A stretch of 20,208 nucleotides of DNA from Candidatus Bathyarchaeia archaeon (GTDB lineage: Archaea; Thermoproteota; Bathyarchaeia; Bathyarchaeales; Bathycorpusculaceae): contig JBEKBM010000034.1 of NCBI GenBank assembly GCA_050015395.1, positions 1 through 20,208 on the forward strand, written 5' to 3'. This document shows positions 17,001-20,208 of this stretch, in pieces. The position numbers and the translations under genes were made by a program. The notes beneath the pieces are model-generated. The model saw only the letters and a program-made list of their open reading frames with translations. It ran no database searches and was not told the DNA's origin. The first letter of the stretch is position 1; each line of letters opens with the position of its first letter.

Positions 17001-17765
17001 ATGATAGTTGAAATGAAGTATTCTGAAGAAATAATTAAAAGGTTAGCAACAGCTAGTGTGCCGTTAAGCCCTTATGACCTAAAAAAGGAAACAAAGTTTC
17101 CGTATAGTGGAATACGAGAAACTATCAAGCAACTATGCAATGAGGGTTACGTTCGACTTACGAGTACTGAACAATCAAAAAAAGGCGGCGAAAGGACACT
17201 CTACACTTTAACCTTCAAAGGAGTCCTCAAATACCTTGCCGGGTTCAAGATTCTTCCTGATTCCTTCGCTGAACTAACACAAAAAGACATTAAGGAATTC
17301 TATGAAAAATTTGATAAAGAGCACAAATCAGGCATATTAAACGCGTTAGAAAGGCAAGGCGAAATTCTCAATTACGTCCCTTTCCAAGAGTGCCATTGGC
17401 TTTCGGAACGTATCCCTGGACTTACCGGGTCATTTGTAACTGGAGCCGATTTTCTGCTCAAGCAGCCGTTAAGCGGTGAATCTTTAATTGCTGATGCTGT
17501 CAGTAAGTATATCTCTGATCCTAACTACGAGCCTTATGCTGCAGTCGACGACGTGCTGTTCCTTCGTGATATTGAAAATTCAAGTTTGAGGGTTACGTTT
17601 GGAAAGTTCTTTCTTCGTACCATGGTTAGCAGGATAAAAGACGGAGCAGAGAATGAAAACGGAAAACTGCGACAATTTGCTGAGAGAATTCTTGATGAGA
17701 GCAGAATAGAAATAACCCAGTTGGAACATGCTGTAAGCTTGTTTAGCTTGCAGAAAAAAGGTTAA
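17001..17765 (+). CDS. Winged-HTH (PadR/MarR-like) regulator with unknown helical C-terminal domain
   Basis: LSPYDLKKET..PYSGIRETIKQLCNEGYV...GGERTLYTLTFKG. Confidence 0.8.
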   Translation: MIVEMKYSEEIIKRLATASVPLSPYDLKKETKFPYSGIRETIKQLCNEGYVRLTSTEQSKKGGERTLYTLTFKGVLKYLAGFKILPDSFAELTQKDIKEFYEKFDKEHKSGILNALERQGEILNYVPFQECHWLSERIPGLTGSFVTGADFLLKQPLSGESLIADAVSKYISDPNYEPYAAVDDVLFLRDIENSSLRVTFGKFFLRTMVSRIKDGAENENGKLRQFAERILDESRIEITQLEHAVSLFSLQKKG

Positions 17766-17968
17766 GGGTTCCTTGTTCTGATTGCTGTCTTTGGCCAACG
17801 TGCGAGCACAGAAAAACTACGCACATCCAGAGGCCTACAATGTACGAGGTAACCAGCGTATCAGCAATGCTTAACACGATTAACATGTTTACCATGCTCA
17901 GGAAAGAACCCTCTGCAAAATCAGTAATCCATCAATACTCGCGGAGGTTACCTCAGTTCTCTACTTTT

Positions 17969-18270
17969 TTATTCAAGGATGATTTTGCCTGTTTCTTCGA
18001 TTCTCGCTACTTGCCAATTGTATTTGTTCTGCGCTACTGCTTTGCTTATTTGCTCTCTCAATAGGTTAAGTGATGTGCAATTGTATTCTCTGGTTAACAG
18101 GATTATGTCGCTGATTGCCTCTTTGCTTGTCATACCCTTGAACACTACGAGTCTATTGGGTGAAATATTGGTTTGACGTCAAACGGGTCAAGTTTTAGGG
18201 CTCTGAGGGATGGGCAGATTGCAGCGCGGAAGACTTTTTCAGCTTCTTTTCTTCCTTTTTCTACAGCTAA
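17969..18270 (-). pseudogene. 5'-truncated, frameshifted Endonuc_Holl/COG4741-like (Holliday-junction-resolvase-related) gene
   Basis: LAVEKGRKEAEKVFRAAICPSLRALKLDPFDVKPIFHPID, then a 1-nt shift near 18149-18150, then VVFKGMTSKEAISDIILLTREYN...LREQISKAVAQNKYNWQVARIEETGKIILE*. Matches the family's P.D....PIDFVVF.G and 'i..av....y.W...R' motifs. Confidence 0.75.
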
Positions 18271-18333
18271 TAATTTATTGTTTTAGCGGAAGCTGTTTAC
18301 CACTTGTATCATAAGGATTAGAATGTAAATATA

Positions 18334-18349
18334 GGATTACTTTTTGGAT
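18334..18349 (-). repeat. Eroded terminal CRISPR repeat remnant
   Basis: GGATTACTTTTTGGAT versus repeat GGATCACCTTTTTGGAC, one spacer length (35-36 nt) before the first full repeat. Confidence 0.75.
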
Positions 18350-18384
18350 TTCCAAGCCGCATCGGCGTAATCGGTCTACTCAGC

Positions 18385-20208
18385 GTGTTCAATCCTTGTT
18401 TTGATGGATCACCTTTTTGGACTATTCCAAACTTGAATCAGCTTGACCCCGTAACCCGGTTTCAATCCTTGTTTTGATGGATCACCTTTTTGGACTTGAC
18501 GGAAGCAGAGGCAGAGTTTATCGGTGCTGAGTTTCAATCCTTGTTTTGATGGATCACCTTTTTGGACTTTACTATTTCAGTCGGAACCAATAAATCAAGC
18601 ACGTTTCAATCCTTGTTTTGATGGATCACCTTTTTGGACTGCGCATATTGAGAACTATTGCCAAAGGTACACTTTTGTTTCAATCCTTGTTTTGATGGAT
18701 CACCTTTTTGGACCTTCTCTCTGATAGTAGCAGCCCATTTGAATATTAGTTTCAATCCTTGTTTTGATGGATCACCTTTTTGGACATGCCTAGAAGAGTT
18801 ACGATAGCACCGAGAATACCAAGTTTCAATCCTTGTTTTGATGGATCACCTTTTTGGACTCTATCATTGTTGTTCATTCTCATTTTTACCCATGTTTCAA
18901 TCCTTGTTTTGATGGATCACCTTTTTGGACAAGAACAGGTCTAACCAGAATGTAGTGTAAGAAGTTTCAATCCTTGTTTTGATGGATCACCTTTTTGGAC
19001 TACCTTGCTATATCTCTCTTATCTAAAAGGTGAATGTTTCAATCCTTGTTTTGATGGATCACCTTTTTGGACCATAGGAATCTTAGCGCTCATAGTCAAA
19101 GTTAAATACATGTTTCAATCCTTGTTTTGATGGATCACCTTTTTGGACTTGTTAGTGGATTTAATCAACTTGCAACTGGACTGTTTCAATCCTTGTTTTG
19201 ATGGATCACCTTTTTGGACACCCTTATACTTCCATTCGGATGGGTATGTAGTACTGTTTCAATCCTTGTTTTGATGGATCACCTTTTTGGACTATGTATT
19301 CCGCAAAAATCACAGTTGTTTTTAATGTTTCAATCCTTGTTTTGATGGATCACCTTTTTGGACTCGCTCTTCAGTGGATGCAATAGCAGTTTGCCCGATG
19401 TTTCAATCCTTGTTTTGATGGATCACCTTTTTGGACACCAAGGCGTTTGCCGATAATATTCCCTAAGAAACGTTTCAATCCTTGTTTTGATGGATCACCT
19501 TTTTGGACAGGGTTCGGTTTAGGCATACTGTTTCACGGTTGGTGTTTCAATCCTTGTTTTGATGGATCACCTTTTTGGACCTTCTCTCTCTCTCTTTTGA
19601 GTACGACGTATATAGTTTCAATCCTTGTTTTGATGGATCACCTTTTTGGACGATTGTTACATACTCTCTTATTATTTTAGTAGGTTGTTTCAATCCTTGT
19701 TTTGATGGATCACCTTTTTGGACAAAGGAAACAGTCTTGATATTCTACATTCAATAGGGTTTCAATCCTTGTTTTGATGGATCACCTTTTTGGACAGTTT
19801 TTCCCTGTCCTCTATCGCCGTCTATAGCAACGTTTCAATCCTTGTTTTGATGGATCACCTTTTTGGACACTTACACCAGCAACACATACGGCAGCAAGGA
19901 TTTTCCTGTTTCAATCCTTGTTTTGATGGATCACCTTTTTGGACCATGATTTAGAAATGGTTGCACGTTCTGACGCGTGTTTCAATCCTTGTTTTGATGG
20001 ATCACCTTTTTGGACGAAAAGATTAACAGTCGAAGACGAAGTTGTCCCGTTGTTTCAATCCTTGTTTTGATGGATCACCTTTTTGGACTATGCCGTCATA
20101 GCTTTCCATGCTAAAGACGCATTTCCAACGAGTTTCAATCCTTGTTTTGATGGATCACCTTTTTGGACAGCCGGCAAATTGGGGTTTATTGTGTGTTCGA
20201 GGCAGGTT
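18385..20208 (-). CRISPR. CRISPR array, repeat GTCCAAAAAGGTGATCCATCAAAACAAGGATTGAAAC (37 nt, minus strand); 25 full-length repeats, 25 spacers of 33-43 nt, truncated by the window end
   Basis: Plus-strand repeats start at 18385/6 (variant GTGTTC), 18459, 18531, ... 20132, and a 26th begins at 20206. The ATTGAAAC 3' end and the degeneration at the left end indicate minus-strand transcription with the leader beyond the window. The repeat resembles Cas6-processed class 1 (I-B/I-D/III) repeats. Confidence 0.98.

Larger units (their letters stand above)
13871..17765. mobile_element. Compact integrative element (integrase + small-gene operon + RHH / divergent wHTH switch); right boundary uncertain
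   Basis: Abrupt switch from housekeeping genes to an integrase and tightly overlapping hypotheticals, with a divergent regulator pair. No convincing exact att repeat found. Confidence 0.7.

Noticed and set aside
13871-17765. Cas or CAST-type effector genes next to the array
   Set aside because: No Cas1/Cas6/RAMP/RuvC/TnsABC-like motifs recognised in any ORF.
17840-18176. Plus-strand ORFs of 74 and 65 aa
   Set aside because: The minus-strand nuclease remnant explains most of the region better.
18524-19757. ORFs with repeated FNPCFDGSPFWT
   Set aside because: Translations of the CRISPR repeats.
18423-20205. Spacer strand bias indicating type III targeting
   Set aside because: Coding-like reads occur on both strands by eye; cannot be decided without protospacers.

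Overview
Archaeal chromosomal window. The gene set, BHB tRNA introns, frequent TTG/GTG starts and bacterial-type PfkA suggest a Bathyarchaeia-like organism (inference). The first ~13.8 kb is mostly housekeeping: a DrrA/ABC-2 exporter pair, a MobB-C-terminal-like small protein, a fused two-module ABC importer permease plus ATPase, a tRNA-Tyr(GTA) gene with two BHB introns, ATP-type pfkA, a GT4 glycosyltransferase, a UPF0175/DUF3368(PIN) pair, flavodoxin, THEP1 NTPase, trm1, proC and a HAD phosphatase. From ~13.87 kb there is a compact integrative element: a tyrosine integrase, small hypotheticals, an HTH protein, an RHH gene missed by the ORF track, and a divergent wHTH regulator. It is followed by a 5'-truncated, frameshifted Endonuc_Holl-like nuclease remnant and the trailer end of a CRISPR array (37-nt repeat, 25 full-length repeats plus one eroded repeat, running off the window, no cas genes visible). 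The most notable unexplained signals are the integrase/CRISPR junction and a solitary CRISPR-repeat-like hairpin upstream of the PIN/UPF0175 pair. All protein family calls come from motif recognition by eye; no searches were run.
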